Positions 1 to 12,162 of a DNA stretch of 64,000 bases are shown here, in pieces; within the stretch, counting starts at the first letter, position 1, and every line of letters starts with the position of its first letter. Made by a program: the position numbers and the translations under genes. Source of the stretch: Lingula anatina. Its lineage: Eukaryota; Animalia; Brachiopoda. The DNA is taken from NCBI GenBank assembly GCA_051362555.1, contig CM120641.1, forward strand, positions 25,302,401 to 25,366,400. Reading direction: 5' to 3'. The notes under the pieces were generated by a model. That model was not told the DNA's origin. It did not search any database and saw nothing but the letters and a program-made list of their open reading frames with translations.

Positions 1-320
1 AGCTTAACATGTTCAGACATACTTCATACATTTTTTGTCCTTGGTGAACAACATACTGCATACATGCCTTGGATCTTCCTTAGCAAACTGTACCACGTCC
101 AAAATATATTTCAAGTCTTCATCAATCCCTTACCTTAAAAAAGTAAATATGAATTTCGAGGTTAGTTATAATTTAAACTTCAATGTGAATTTTAAAATAT
201 TCATATAAATTACTTCTCCATAAGTTAACAATTATACATTCACCTCACCACTGACCTTACTCTCAGGTCAGTTGAGGATGTTAATCACTGCAAATTTTAC
301 TAAGACCATACCATTCATTG

Positions 321-326
321 TTTATT
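321..326 (-). terminator. Probable polyadenylation signal (AATAAA) of NTAQ1
   Basis: tttatt on the + strand is AATAAA on the - strand, about 80 nt downstream of the NTAQ1 stop codon. Confidence 0.5.
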
Positions 327-408
327 CTGTTTATCACACCACAAATAATGTCACAGTGGTAAATGCCTAGTCTGACTTACTTTTGTCCACAATACTGGTA
401 CTTCCTGG

Positions 409-3147
409 TCAGGAATGAAAGGATGAAAAATGGTGTACAAAATCCTTAAGTACGAAAACCTCTCCATGCTTAATCCTAGGATCCATAGATATAAAGTCAT
501 CCAGATTATTTGTACACTCTGAAAAGCAAACAAAATGAACCATTTATACTGTAAATCTATTTCTGCTGCATGCATGAAAGATAGATGTAGTTAAATATGT
601 TTCAGAGGCTTCCCATCAAGAACATAAAAACTGGACCCATTCCTTTCATTATATTATTGCTGGGTGTTAAAAGATAAAAAATTACTCTGTGATTTAAATA
701 TATTTTGAACAAAATTATGGACATTGGCTTACCTTCTGTTTTTATACAAGGGTAATCAGGTGGTGGCATTTTCCACTCCCCATCTGAGAACATATGAGAT
801 CTATCAGAAGCAAAGGTTTCTAAAAATATTTTTGCTGGGATAACTCTGAAATACCTGTAAGGAAAGAACAAACGAATTTTTCATTATTTACATAGAAAAG
901 AAATGGGAGGATAAAGAAGCACAACGTACTTATGAATGAACATAAATAAACAACTGGACAGAGAATCAAAATTACTGCAAATTACTAGCTTGTGACACAG
1001 AACAGTGGAATATCTTTGTTGGTCCCCTAGATGCCAGCTGGCATAAAAGGAACTGAAGAAGATGGGTTCACATCTGAAATTAGTTGTTAACTAGTTATAA
1101 CCATAGTGTTAAACAACTGTAAGCTGTCAAAATCACAATTTTTTTAATATTCATCATCAGTCCTTAAACTCTTAAATTAAAACAAGGCAGCAAAGCTGTC
1201 AAATGTACAGTCAAAAAGCAGAAAATAAAAATGCACAAAATAGGATACTGTCAATTCTGATGCAATAATGTATTATGCTTAACTGCATAGCCAACATCAA
1301 ATTTTTTAAAATTCTGCACAACAGTTGATTAGGATGAAAGTAAAATGTGTAACAAGCATTAGACTGAGTTCCCATACCTATATCAATCTAACAGGATTAA
1401 TCCATGCAACTCCAAGGGGTTTCTCACTAAATTGCTTTCAGCTTAAGCGGCTTAGGATTCTGGCTTTCCAGTTTCAGTAGGCGTGACAGACAGCTAAGCC
1501 ACTTACACTGATTGCAATTTGGCGAGAATCCCCTTGGAGATAGATCAATCCACAGTTAGCGTGATAGGGTCTAGAAATGGTCCCTAAGGCTTCAGGCTGA
1601 TAAGACTTAAAGTTCATACTTTGGAAATACCAAAACGAACAGTTATTATCCCTTTAACTGCAAAGTCAAGTTGCAAATATTGCACAACAGGTAGTATCAA
1701 TAAAAGTGAACTGTTACAAGCATAAGGCTTCAGGACCATGAGAGTTCAAGCCCACACTTTGAAAATGCCAGGATGATAAAACTTCATAAAAAAAATTATA
1801 AATTTGATCTAAAAAAATGATAGTCCAATAGAGCTGGTTTTCTTATTTGAGCTGCATGTTAATCCTAACAATCATTCTTGTAAGTTACAAAAATAAAAAA
1901 AAAATACTAGTAAAAAAGTTTTCTTTCCATAATGTTTGTGGTGACAGTGCATAAAGTAAGGTTTTTGTGGTCAATTTTGATACAATATTACTTAATGATT
2001 AACTGTATAAGAACCACCAACTTTTAATTATCTACCATTAATAACATAGATATTTAGAAAATTTGACTTACACTGGGCTTCATGCCCATGGGAGTTCAAA
2101 GTCCCACACTGAAAATGCCAATATGTGAAAGATAAAAATTTCACAAAAATGTACAACAGAATAACATGGTAAATAAGTAAATAAGATTACAGTTTCAGGA
2201 CCATATGTGAGAGTTCAAATTCACATAATGAAAATCCCAATATGTGAAAAATGATGACTGTGCATAAAATAATATTATATAATGTTTAAAGACATAAAAA
2301 CCAACACAACTGCTTATGTGGAAATACAGAAAGTGCACAGAGCTTCTGGTGGATGGGAGTTTAAAGTGACATCTTGAAGATGTTAGTGTTTGAAAAATAA
2401 TTTTAAAAAATGTAAAATAAAATATAACAAAAATTTCCAGTAAAGCTGCTATTCAAACTTTTAATCTAGCTGTATAATTAAAATTTCCACATATCAACAT
2501 TTTCAAGGGTTGAAGGCTTGAAGACCTTTGCTAGTCACATTTTCTGAATATACATGATACTTTTACTTTATTATTAAAAATTGATGGTCATTATGCTGTT
2601 AAGCATTATGTTATACTGCATGAAAGTTGAAGAAAACCCTATTTTGGACACTGCTGCCAGGATAGCGATTAAGGGAAAACCATGTTACTTATGATACTCA
2701 AACTTACTGAGAAGTTTCATAGGACTGGGGTGCAGCTTGTGTTGGAAAATCAGTGTGATGGTTTTCTGTTTTGGAAGCAATGCAGTTCTACAGAGTGCTA
2801 TATAATGGTACTGTATGGATGGCGGTCAGTTATTGCCCCTTGGGTAAATTCAGGATTATAAAGTAATTTGCCTACTCAATTTTCAAGTGGCCATTAAATG
2901 AGATTACATAAAACACACATCGAGATTTCATTGTAAAGTCCCATAGGTTTAGCCCTCTTAACTGTGTCACATAATTAGGAATCAGTGATAATTATGCAGG
3001 TCAATGTTGTTTAATATTGAAAATAAGTTTATAAATTAAGAAAAAATTTGTGTAACAGCAAACACTAACATTAATGGTAAAGATGAATAACAGTGCCTAA
3101 TATTCTCAAACTCAATAGGGTTATTCATATCATGTTAATAGTTCTCA

Positions 3148-3210
<63 letters not shown>

Positions 3211-6200
3211 ATATAATTTCCAGAAAAGTTAATTGATAAAACAAGTTTTCCAACTGAAGCTACATTTTAGTCCTATGCAACTTTTCTGTAAGTTTGAGAA
3301 GAGTAAGTGACATGGTTTTCTTTTAATGGTCACAGTGGAGGCAGTGCCCAAAATAGGGTTGTCTTCAATTTTGATGCAATATTACATAATGCTTAACAGC
3401 ATAATGACCATCAAATTTTGATAATAAAATAAAAGAATCATGGATATTCAGAAAATGTGACATAGGAAGGTCTTCAAGACCATGGAAGTTCAGAGTCACA
3501 CCTTCAAAATGCCAAAATGTTAACAAGAGATAACTGTACTGAAATGATTTTCTTTCCATTTTCTACACCCTTTTTCACATAAAACAAAATAATCAATTTA
3601 CTGTCATTTTAAATGATCAACTAGGAAAATTGCTGACAAAGGAAAAATATCAATAGAACAATTCTGAATGTCCAATTTGGTCCATTCTGAGATTCTGAAC
3701 ATGGTGAATGATTGAATCTGAAAAACTAAAGATTAAGTTTATTTCCATTTTTGACACTTTATTACACAATACACAATAACTGGTTTACCATCATTTTTAT
3801 TCAATCAACTAACAATTTTGTTAAGATGCAGAAAATGTAAAAAAAAAAACTTTCCATATCTAATTAGTTCAAAAATGAGGCTGTTAACATGCGTAAGAAT
3901 TAAATCTGAGGAAAAAACAAATTTATTTTAAATTTACAAAGAAAGGCATAACTTTACCAAAATTTATCCGATTTAGCTTACTTTTGAACTTAATCTGTAT
4001 TTCCGTAAGACTGATCACTCTTGTGAATTGTAAGACAATTGACCAATCGATTTTCCTTGAAATGTGTTATTGGTGTCGCATATATGCTGAAAAAAGTGAA
4101 AAAACAACATAACTTCCATAAAAATGGCCCGATCATGCTGCTTTTTGAACTTGACCTGCGTATTATGAATATTCATCACTTCTGTAAGTTTTAAGCCAAA
4201 AGGTACAATCGTTTTTCACTTATCATGTTATCAGTGTTACATATATGCTGAAAAAAATGACAAAAAAAAAAAAATAAATAAATGCTATAAAAATGGCCGA
4301 TCATGCTGATTTTCGAACTTGACCTGCCTATTAAAAATTTTCATCAGTCCTTCAAGTTTCACGCCAAAAGGTATAACGGTTCTTCACTTATCGCGTTATC
4401 GGTATTGCGTATATGTTGAAAAAAGTGAAAAAACAGCATAACTTCCCTAAAATTGACCCAATCATGATGATTTTCGAATTCAACCTGCATATTATGAATA
4501 TTTATCAGTTCTGTAAGTTTCAAGCCAAAAGGTAAAATGGTTTTCCACTTATTGTGTTATCGGTAAAAGTGCATGGCGACGATGACGGCGACGACAGACG
4601 CAGGTGTCTGTACATAACAATGGTCACATAAACAAAATGTTTAAACTTTACAACCTGATATATTTTTTCTGAAATCTGTTTTCTTGTCCCAAAGCTTTTT
4701 CCGCATATTCATCAAATGGGCAAGGAAAAGATAAAAGTGTGTCAAGGTCGTAGACAAAACTGGATGAAGTGGATTTCTGTACTAATATCACATGGTAATC
4801 CTGCAAGAAAAAGTGTTTCAGTTAATATGTTAAAACAATTATGTTCCTTACTCAATATTTCCATCATTGGGCTTTCAGTTAAAATGAATTCAAGTAAAAC
4901 TAGATAGTGTCGATGGGTAGCCATCGCATATCCCCGCACTTCCCCATATTATCAAGAGCTGCTCACCCGTAGGGACCACTTACCACACACGCACGTACAC
5001 ATGCACACACACACATCACTGCTTCATCCGAAGGTATTTAAAAATATAAATGTGAAAATATCTATAATGTTAAAAAAATTTAGAATCAACCAACCCCCAG
5101 GGACAGCCCAACCCCCTGTTGCACTAAAATTCAAAGTGCCCATGTACATCTCTGATGATGGGAATACTAATCACCAAAATTTCAACTTCCTACCTGCAAT
5201 GGTCTAGGAGAAAATAGCAGAAACTACAATGTGAAAAAATTCAGAATCAACCAACCCCCGGGCACAGCCCAACCCCCCATTGCACTAAAATTCCAAAGTG
5301 TATATGCACATCCCTGATAATGTATCTTCCAATTCCCATAGTTTCAATTTCCTATCTCTAATGGTCTAGGAGGAGATCGCAGAAATTACAATGTCATAAG
5401 TATTTAGAATCAGTCGCCCCCAAGGACAGCCCAATCCCCTGTTGCACTAAAATTCCAAAGTGCCCATGCACATCCCTAATGATAAGTCAACTATTCACCA
5501 AAGTTTCAGCTTCCTAACTCTTATGGTCTAGGAGGAGATAGCAGAAATTACAACGTCATAACAATTTAGAATCAACCACCTCCTGGGGACAGCCCAACAC
5601 CCTGTGGCACTAAAATTCCAAAGTGCCCATGCACATCCCTGAAGATGGGTCTACCAATTCCCAAAGTTTCAACTTCCCACCTGCAATGGTCTGGGAGCAG
5701 ATAGCAGAAATTACAATGCCATAAGAATTTAGAATCGACCACCTCCCAGGTTACATCCCGACCCTCTGTTGCACTAAAATTCTTAAGTGTCCATGCACCT
5801 CCCTGATGATGGGTGTACAAATCACTAAAGTTTCAACTTCCTAACTCTAATGGTCTAGGGCAGATGGCAGAAATTACAATGTCTTAAGAATTTAGAATCA
5901 ACCATCCCCCAGGATAGAGCCCAACCCCCTGTGGCACTTAAATTCCAAAGTGCCCATACACATCCCTGATGATGGGTGTACAAATCACTAAAGTTTCAAC
6001 TTCCTAACTCTAATGGTCTAGGGCAGATGGCAGAAATTACAATGTCTTAAGAATTTAGAATCAACCACCCCCCAGGATAGAGCCCAACCCCCTGTGGCAC
6101 TAAAATTCAAAAGTGCCCATGCACATCCCTGATTATGGGTGTACAAATCACTAAAGTTTCAACTTCCTAACTCTAATGGTCTAGGGCAGATGGCAGAAAT

Positions 6201-8043
6201 TACAATGTCTTAAGAATTTAGAATCAACCACCCCCGGGGACAGCCCAACCCCCTGTGGCACTTTAATTCCAAAATGCCCATGCACATCCCTGATGAGGGA
6301 ACTTCCGATTCCCATAGTTTCAATTACCTATCTCTAATGGTCTAGGAGGAGATAGCAGAAATTACAATGTCATAAGAATTTTGAATCAACTACCCCCCAC
6401 GGGCAGCCCAACCCCCTGTTGCACTAAAATTCCAATGTGCCCATGCACATCCCTGAAGATGAGTCTACCAATTCCCAAAGTTTCAACTTCCTACCTGCAA
6501 TAGTCTAGGAGGAGATAGCGGAAATTACTAACACACAGATGCACGGACGCCCAGACTGGCGGGATAATGATTTCCAACTTTTGTCCCAAAAGTGCGGGAA
6601 TAATTAGAATGACAAGCCTTCCAATCAAACATGAAGTATACTGGGTTGATGATTGAATTTTCCAAAGTGCCCTTCTATAGGGGTGCCTCATCTGTCATCT
6701 ACATTAATAATGCTTCAATAATAAATGATCTTAATTTTTATTTTACAGTATCATTTATCCACTATAATAAACAAATATCTATTGTACTTTTAATAAAACA
6801 ATGGAATAATGATTACAAATAAGACTTCATTAAACATAATCATACACTGAAACAAGTGAAACTATGTGTAGCTCTTAGAAAATGATTCCCTACCCAAACC
6901 ACTGCATCATTTGGGTTGTCAGCTGCTCTTTGCATCCAGATTGGTATCTAAAATGTGGATAGAAATCATTTTTTCAACTAACCAATTAAAGTATTGATCA
7001 ATGAAATAAGTAAAAGTGAAATGCCAGTGAATATCTATTTATTAAGTGAATATTTTTATATACTTAGCTTTGAATATGTATAAATATAGGAATATTATGA
7101 AGGCTTTAAACATACATATTACAAATTTTACTGTAAGTATACAAGTTGATGCTTTTATTGTCTCAAATTAAAATCTGATCCAAAAGGTTTTCATGTTTCA
7201 AAAAACTAGCTTACTGTCTTGTTCTTGTTGGAAATGAAAACAACGTAAAAACAATCAATCTCTTCTGGGTGTGTATGTTTCACATGCTCACATAACTTCC
7301 ATATGTTTTCCTCACTGTAATGAATAGAAACAACTTAGAAGTCGTAATACAAAATACCCAGATGATACTTAAAAATAATTAATTTCAAGACAAACAAATC
7401 TAAAAAAAAAAATCAAGATATTTACAAAGTATATATTCATAAATTGTTGTAGACAAAGGACAACAAACTGGCTCAACTAGACAATGATTGGACCATAACC
7501 ACACCTGGACTGTACAAAACTTTGTATTTATATTTAGCAAATAATTTTAAATATAAATGATACACTCACAGTGAAGGGTGAGATAAAATGGTATTCATAT
7601 TATTGTTATTACATAATTTGTACAATATTGCTATGAGTGTGGTATGGTGCACAAGGTTAATTACACATGAAGTACATGTAGTTGTAGTACTAAAGACTAA
7701 ATTATGAATCCTGGGGGGGGGGGATCTCGATAATCCAAAGGTTCATTGGTCTGAAGGTTCCTTGGTCCAAAAATCGTTTGTACGCGCCTCTGATGAACTA
7801 CTTTATAACATGACGTATTATAAGGAGTTACCGCCTACAGTAAAAAGTTATTAAGTGAAGTTACCGAAATTGCCTGTGAATTATTTAATGTCTCCGACAT
7901 ATTCGTATTTTTCTTTTTTACACATGGTATCTAAACGAAAGTTTGGCCCGCTAAAGTTTTACTAAAAGTGAAGGTTACGATCGATTTTACCAGTAGCAAC
8001 TAGTGTAAACACATTTCTCTCTCTTTGGAATGATATTGGACAT
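409..8043 (-). CDS. NTAQ1: Protein N-terminal glutamine amidohydrolase (WDYHV1), 194 aa, 6 coding exons
   Basis: Exons 8043-7991, 7314-7215, 6947-6894, 4800-4655, 854-733 and 518-409 are all GT-AG, phase-consistent and total 585 nt. Translation: [26 protein letters not shown]...FISNKNKTIPIWMQ...VVWDYHVIL...VYDLDTLLSFPC...FASDRSHM...PPPDYPCI...NNLDDFISMD...*. It carries the diagnostic YCEEN, WDYHV, YDLD and FASDRSHM motifs, including the Cys-His-Asp triad. Confidence 0.97.
1362..1584. mobile_element. PIF/Harbinger-type MITE nested in family A element
   Basis: Internally palindromic and the reverse complement of 17581-17799. It is flanked by tta/taa and interrupts the host motif aagca-taa-ggcttcagg, which is seen intact near 1718. 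Confidence 0.65.
3149..3208. repeat. Poly(A) tract, 60 nt
   Basis: Uninterrupted A run inside the family A element. Confidence 0.95.
4896..6603 (+). mobile_element. Non-autonomous Helentron/HINE (pearl/DINE-1-like) element, family B
   Basis: Starts aaaactag. 5' hairpin cgatgg-gtag-ccatcg (4911-4926). Subterminal inverted repeat atccccgcactt (4930-4941) vs aagtgcgggaat (6590-6601). 3' hairpin acttttg-tcc-caaaagt (6577-6593). Central tandem array followed by an acac/acgg/agac microsatellite-like tract. Confidence 0.8.
5081..6530 (+). repeat. Tandem array, 162-163 bp unit, about 9 copies
   Basis: The marker (t)agaatcaacc or a close variant recurs at about 5081, 5242, 5405, 5567, 5730, 5893, 6056, 6219 and 6381. 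Confidence 0.95.
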
Positions 8044-8378
8044 CAGGCACGCTAAGTAAGACAACAATGTTTGGAAGAATGTTGCAGTTTTGTGTACAGT
8101 AAAGCTTCTCAACCAGCTAGGCGTCAAGGTTTTTCGTAGTCAACCCGAACCATCGAACCTAACCCTGTCAACGGGCGCAGACATATTCGAGATCTCGTTT
8201 GCAAGACGGCTTCCAAAAGGGTGCTACACTGCCGCCATCTATCACTAAGCAAGTTGTTTATAAACCGCCATTTTGAAAAGTATTTCTTTGTTTCCAACAG
8301 CATTGTGTAAGGATTTTAAGCCCAAAAAGTAATGATAAAAATTAAATAACAAGAGAAACAGTTGCATCCAAGCGAAAC
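8044..8378. promoter_or_regulatory. Bidirectional promoter and 5' UTRs shared by NTAQ1 and CETN3
   Basis: 335 bp between divergent ATGs and locally CpG-rich. YY1-like motifs gccgccatct (8231-8240) and ccgccattttg (8265-8275). Palindrome cgagatctcg (8188-8197). Confidence 0.7.
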
Positions 8379-10879
8379 ATGAGCTTGTCACTCAGGTAAG
8401 GGGATTTTCACGAATGCATCACTGTCACGTAACTCTTACAATGCACAAAGCGAAAAAATTATGGAAAATATTTCCTTCACTCGGCTATGATTGAATAAGC
8501 TGCTTGAGAATGCTCTGAGTATGACAGAACTTGTGCAGTGTTGCAGAGTGTGGAGTGTGCCAGTTGTGATGCAGCATTGGTAGTGATAATGTCTGCTCTT
8601 ACTGTCTAGACACCATAATCATGATTATGGATGAATCATCCATAAACAATAGTTTCATGCATGGGTAAAACTCACCGTCTAAAAGTTAGTATTCCTATTT
8701 ATGCTTACTGACACTACTTATACAATAACACGTATGTACACGTGAAAGATGTAGGTAAATGTAACTGTGAAAGATGTAAGTAAATGTAACTGTATGATGG
8801 TCAGCCTTGCCTCTGTAGCAATCTGGGGGAGAAAATAGGATTCGAACCATTGATTACTTTTGTAAGAATTAAATGCATTTTACATGGCAGGATTGGACAA
8901 TATCTACAGTGTAGGCTGTGTAGCTTTGTACAGTGCACCTGGACATGATCAGACAGAAACGTTTTTAACTCACTTCTGATGGTTCCTGAGATTTGTTAAG
9001 ATCTACAATAAAATCTAGTTCTGAGTTTTTTTTTTTTTTTTTTGGAAACCTAGGCTCATGACTGCACGATATGTTTGCATGGTGTATTTTTAGGTCAGAA
9101 TTTTCCCTTGACAAGGGCAAACGGAGGAAGAGGAGGGAACTTGGAGAAGAACAGAAACAAGAGATCAAAGAGGCTTTTGATTTGTTTGATACTGACAAAG
9201 ACAGAGCAATTGACTATCATGAATTAAAGGCAAGTTAAGTTTATAAGTTTCTTGAGCTGACACAGAAAATTTTTTGTATCCTGAGAATGGCAGATTGTTT
9301 AAATATAAACTGTAAAATAAGACAACAATAATATTATCCACCTTTTTTCATGACACTAAGGCTGGCTTCTAAAGACGGTTATTACTATGTGAAAGATGTT
9401 AGGTTGGTAAGGCATTTCAGTTGACATACTGATATATTTTCCAGGTTGCAATGCGAGCATTGGGATTTGATGTGAAGAAAGCAGATGTCCTGAAAGTACT
9501 CAGGGACTATGACAGGGAGGGAACTGGAAAAATCACATTTGAGGACTTTAATGAAGTCAGTAAGTACGTTTTTTTTTTATATGCTGGGAAGACATTCAAG
9601 GCCAGTCTTTGTAAGGAAAGAACTGTAAGCATATGCAATGCAGGCCTGAGGGTTCATCTTTAAAAAAGGCATAGTACAGAAATTTGAGTTAATATATTTG
9701 TACACTCAGAATAATGTGACACTCATGTGTCATGATTTCATTTCCTCGTAACGTGGACCAGTGAGACATTTAGAATAGAGATTCTTAGATTTCTTTAACA
9801 TGTCTTCCATGACACAGTTTGGCTGTAAGTTTGAAAAACTCATCTTAAAAAAGAGGGTACATTTGTTTGCACTCAGTGGAAAAGATTATCAAATCTTTTA
9901 AGTTATTTGAGTTAAAAGGGTATTTAAAAAAAAAAAAATTCTCATCACATGGAAATGCTTTTTTTTTCAGTGACAGATATGATGCTGGAGAGAGATCCCA
10001 ATGAGGAAGTATTTAAAGCATTCAAACTTTTTGATGATGATGACACAGGAAAAATTAGCATCAGGAATCTCAGAAGGGTGGCAAGGTAGGTGGTCTTAGC
10101 CATTTATCTTAGCCTTGTGCAAGCATTCATTTCTTTGTTTTTGAATGCTAAAGAAAAATCTACTTTGGAATTAAAAAAATTGTACAGATTTGTGTCAGTG
10201 ACTCTCCTTACATTTTCTATATCTTGGCACTACTTGAGTTAACATTTTAAATAGTACATGAGCATGTTAGTTATGATAGCAAGCAAGGCTATAAGCCACC
10301 AGCAATTGAGATAAGTTCTAGTGGATGAAAGTAGCCTATGAATGAAGAACTGGTTGATTTTCTAAGAGTCAAGTATCTTTTAATCTGTTATGTAGAATTT
10401 TCACTTATGGAAAATTGCATAAAAACAGCAGTGGAGCAACTAATGGGAATATTGTTGTGAAATCAGAAATAAAATAAAACTACTAAATATTTCAGGGAAC
10501 TTGGAGAAAATATGACAGATGAAGAATTAAGAGCCATGATAGATGAATTTGACAGAGATGGTGATGGGGAGAGTAAGTACTAAATAGAACAGCATGCATA
10601 CAGTTGGTCTTTTCATGCCCAGTATATCACAGTATATAAAGAAATATAATATATAAGCAGACCGCAATCTCTTATCATGTTGAGTTTGGTCATTTTAAAG
10701 TCATGCAGATACCATTTACCATTTTAATCAAGAAACATGATATGTAGTTTACACATGTCCATAACCATAACTTTGCTTGAAAGATATGAAATTGCATAAA
10801 TAAATCTTGAATAAGTGCTAATGCTTGTTTTTCAGTCAATGAAGATGAATTCCAGGCCATTATGACGGGAGATACGTAG
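8379..10879 (+). CDS. CETN3: Centrin-3 (CDC31 subfamily EF-hand protein), 167 aa, 6 exons
   Basis: Exons 8379-8395, 9094-9229, 9445-9559, 9971-10085, 10496-10572 and 10836-10879 total 504 nt. Translation: [92 protein letters not shown]...[10 protein letters not shown]. The N-terminus and the IDYHELK motif are centrin-3 specific. Intron 2 has a GC donor. Confidence 0.98.
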
Positions 10880-11072
10880 TGGATGTAGGACATTAATAGA
10901 CATCATTTGGTATGGATATTAGCCATGGATATCATTAGATTTGTGCATGCTGTTGAATGATTGTTCATTTCAAATATGTGGACTGAATCAGAATTGATTT
11001 AATAATGAAGATGATGGATTTTGATCTCATTCTTGTCCTTTGATGACAAGTGTTGCAGACTTTAAAAAAATC

Positions 11073-11400
11073 AATAAACTGAGCCTTATAAAGATATCAA
11101 CATAGATTTTCAATAGTATACACTTTCATCTTTTTTTTTTCACACTGACTTGATCTGTTATTGAAATGACAAAGATTCCCTTAGCAATGATTTTGTACTT
11201 GAATTCTACTTGCATAGACATAGACAAGATTTTGGTGTACATTTTATGTTTTATTTATATATCAAAACAGTAATTTAAAATGGCAGAAGAAAATATTGTA
11301 TATCTCATCTTAATATATATATAAACATTGAAGAAATTGCCCAATACATGTGTGTCTATGAATGTATTGTACAGTTTGTAAAGTTGTTGTGAATAATAAA
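11073..11400 (+). terminator. Candidate CETN3 polyadenylation signals (AATAAA at 11073-11078 and 11395-11400)
   Basis: Two AATAAA hexamers downstream of the CETN3 stop. The second is followed by T-rich sequence. Confidence 0.45.
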
Positions 11401-11940
11401 GTAGGAATAATTATGTTTTTAACAAAAGTCTTTGATGATTTTTTTGTAAATGCTATCTATAATCTACACAGTTTAAAAGATCATAAAGGTAAATTTACAT
11501 ACAAATCTGAAACTTGAGAAAATATTGCACAACATAAATACATTTCTATTAAAAGTTAGGGTAATATGAAACAATTAATACTGGTGTAAAGAGAACTCTA
11601 ATTACAGCTGTTTAAAATATGTCAACAACTGAATCTAGAAAGTCTAATTGTTCAAAGTAAAAATTTTTTTTAATGACTCTTCCATAAATATTCAATAATG
11701 TATTGTACCACTGTAAGGCCCTTTCCACATCACATGGTACACTTAATCTGTATCGCAATGTTTTCACTGGTTCTAACTGTTAATTACGCTACCATGGTTT
11801 TTGCTCCCTTTCAGAGGTTCTCTTTGATCTGTTTGGTCCAATTAATATAAGTCAGGTTAACTGGTTATGTTGAGTGCAGCCCCTCCATTAGATAACCCTC
11901 TTAAATAATAGCCAGGCTATTCATTTGCCAATCTCGCAAA

Positions 11941-12162
11941 TCATTGCGATGCAGATAATATATTCCAGGACTGTAGCCAGCAATTTCAAAAGGGGGTTTC
12001 TTTTCTGGAAAAAGTTACCCGCAGTGGACCTTTTCCCAGCAGAAAGGGTGGTTCTTTTGAACCCCCCTGGCTACGGGCCTGTATTCCACTGTACTTCACT
12101 TGAATATTTCCCTTGCCAATGCTGATCAGTTGGTTGTTGTCCATCGTGAACTTAACTCCATA
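11941..12162 (-). pseudogene. Decayed tandem duplicate of the EML last coding exon, interrupted by a MITE
   Basis: Reads YGVKFTMDNNQLISIG...QWNIL against the functional exon YGVKFTADNSHVISVG...QWKII. It has a frameshift and a MITE at 11966-12081. Confidence 0.75.
11966..12081. mobile_element. CAG-ended MITE with 5-bp TSD
   Basis: TIR caggactgtagccag / ctggctacgggcctg. TSD tattc at 11961-11965 and 12082-12086. Relatives at 27036-27180, about 45677, 52398-52576 and (reversed) about 15950-15988. Confidence 0.85.

Larger units (their letters stand above)
1179..4616 (+). mobile_element. Non-autonomous Helentron/HINE-like element, family A copy 1 (composite, 3' hairpin partly deleted)
   Basis: Begins aaacaaggcagcaaagctgtcaaatgtacag, as at 18191 and (reversed) at 60597. 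It contains long diverged subunits, then roughly 165-bp subunits (4090-4560), a GAC/GGC microsatellite and a gtgtctgtacat end. It fills most of NTAQ1 intron 4. Confidence 0.75.

Noticed and set aside
15-135. Short minus-strand open frame (GIDEDLKYILDVVQFAKEDPR...)
   Set aside because: No start codon or convincing in-frame acceptor, no recognisable homology, and it sits at the window edge.
3149-3208. 60-nt poly(A) as the tail of a retrocopy or SINE
   Set aside because: It replaces a short A run present at the matching position in other family A subunits (ttcacaaaaa). No TSD or upstream retro-sequence.
5081-6530. Regular repeat array as a possible CRISPR array or coding repeat
   Set aside because: Whole 163-bp units repeat with no unique spacers. 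The unit is often not a multiple of 3, and the context is a eukaryotic intron.
8742-8791. 25-bp direct duplication in CETN3 intron 1, and a 19-bp one at 18145-18183
   Set aside because: Ordinary slippage duplications with no further structure.
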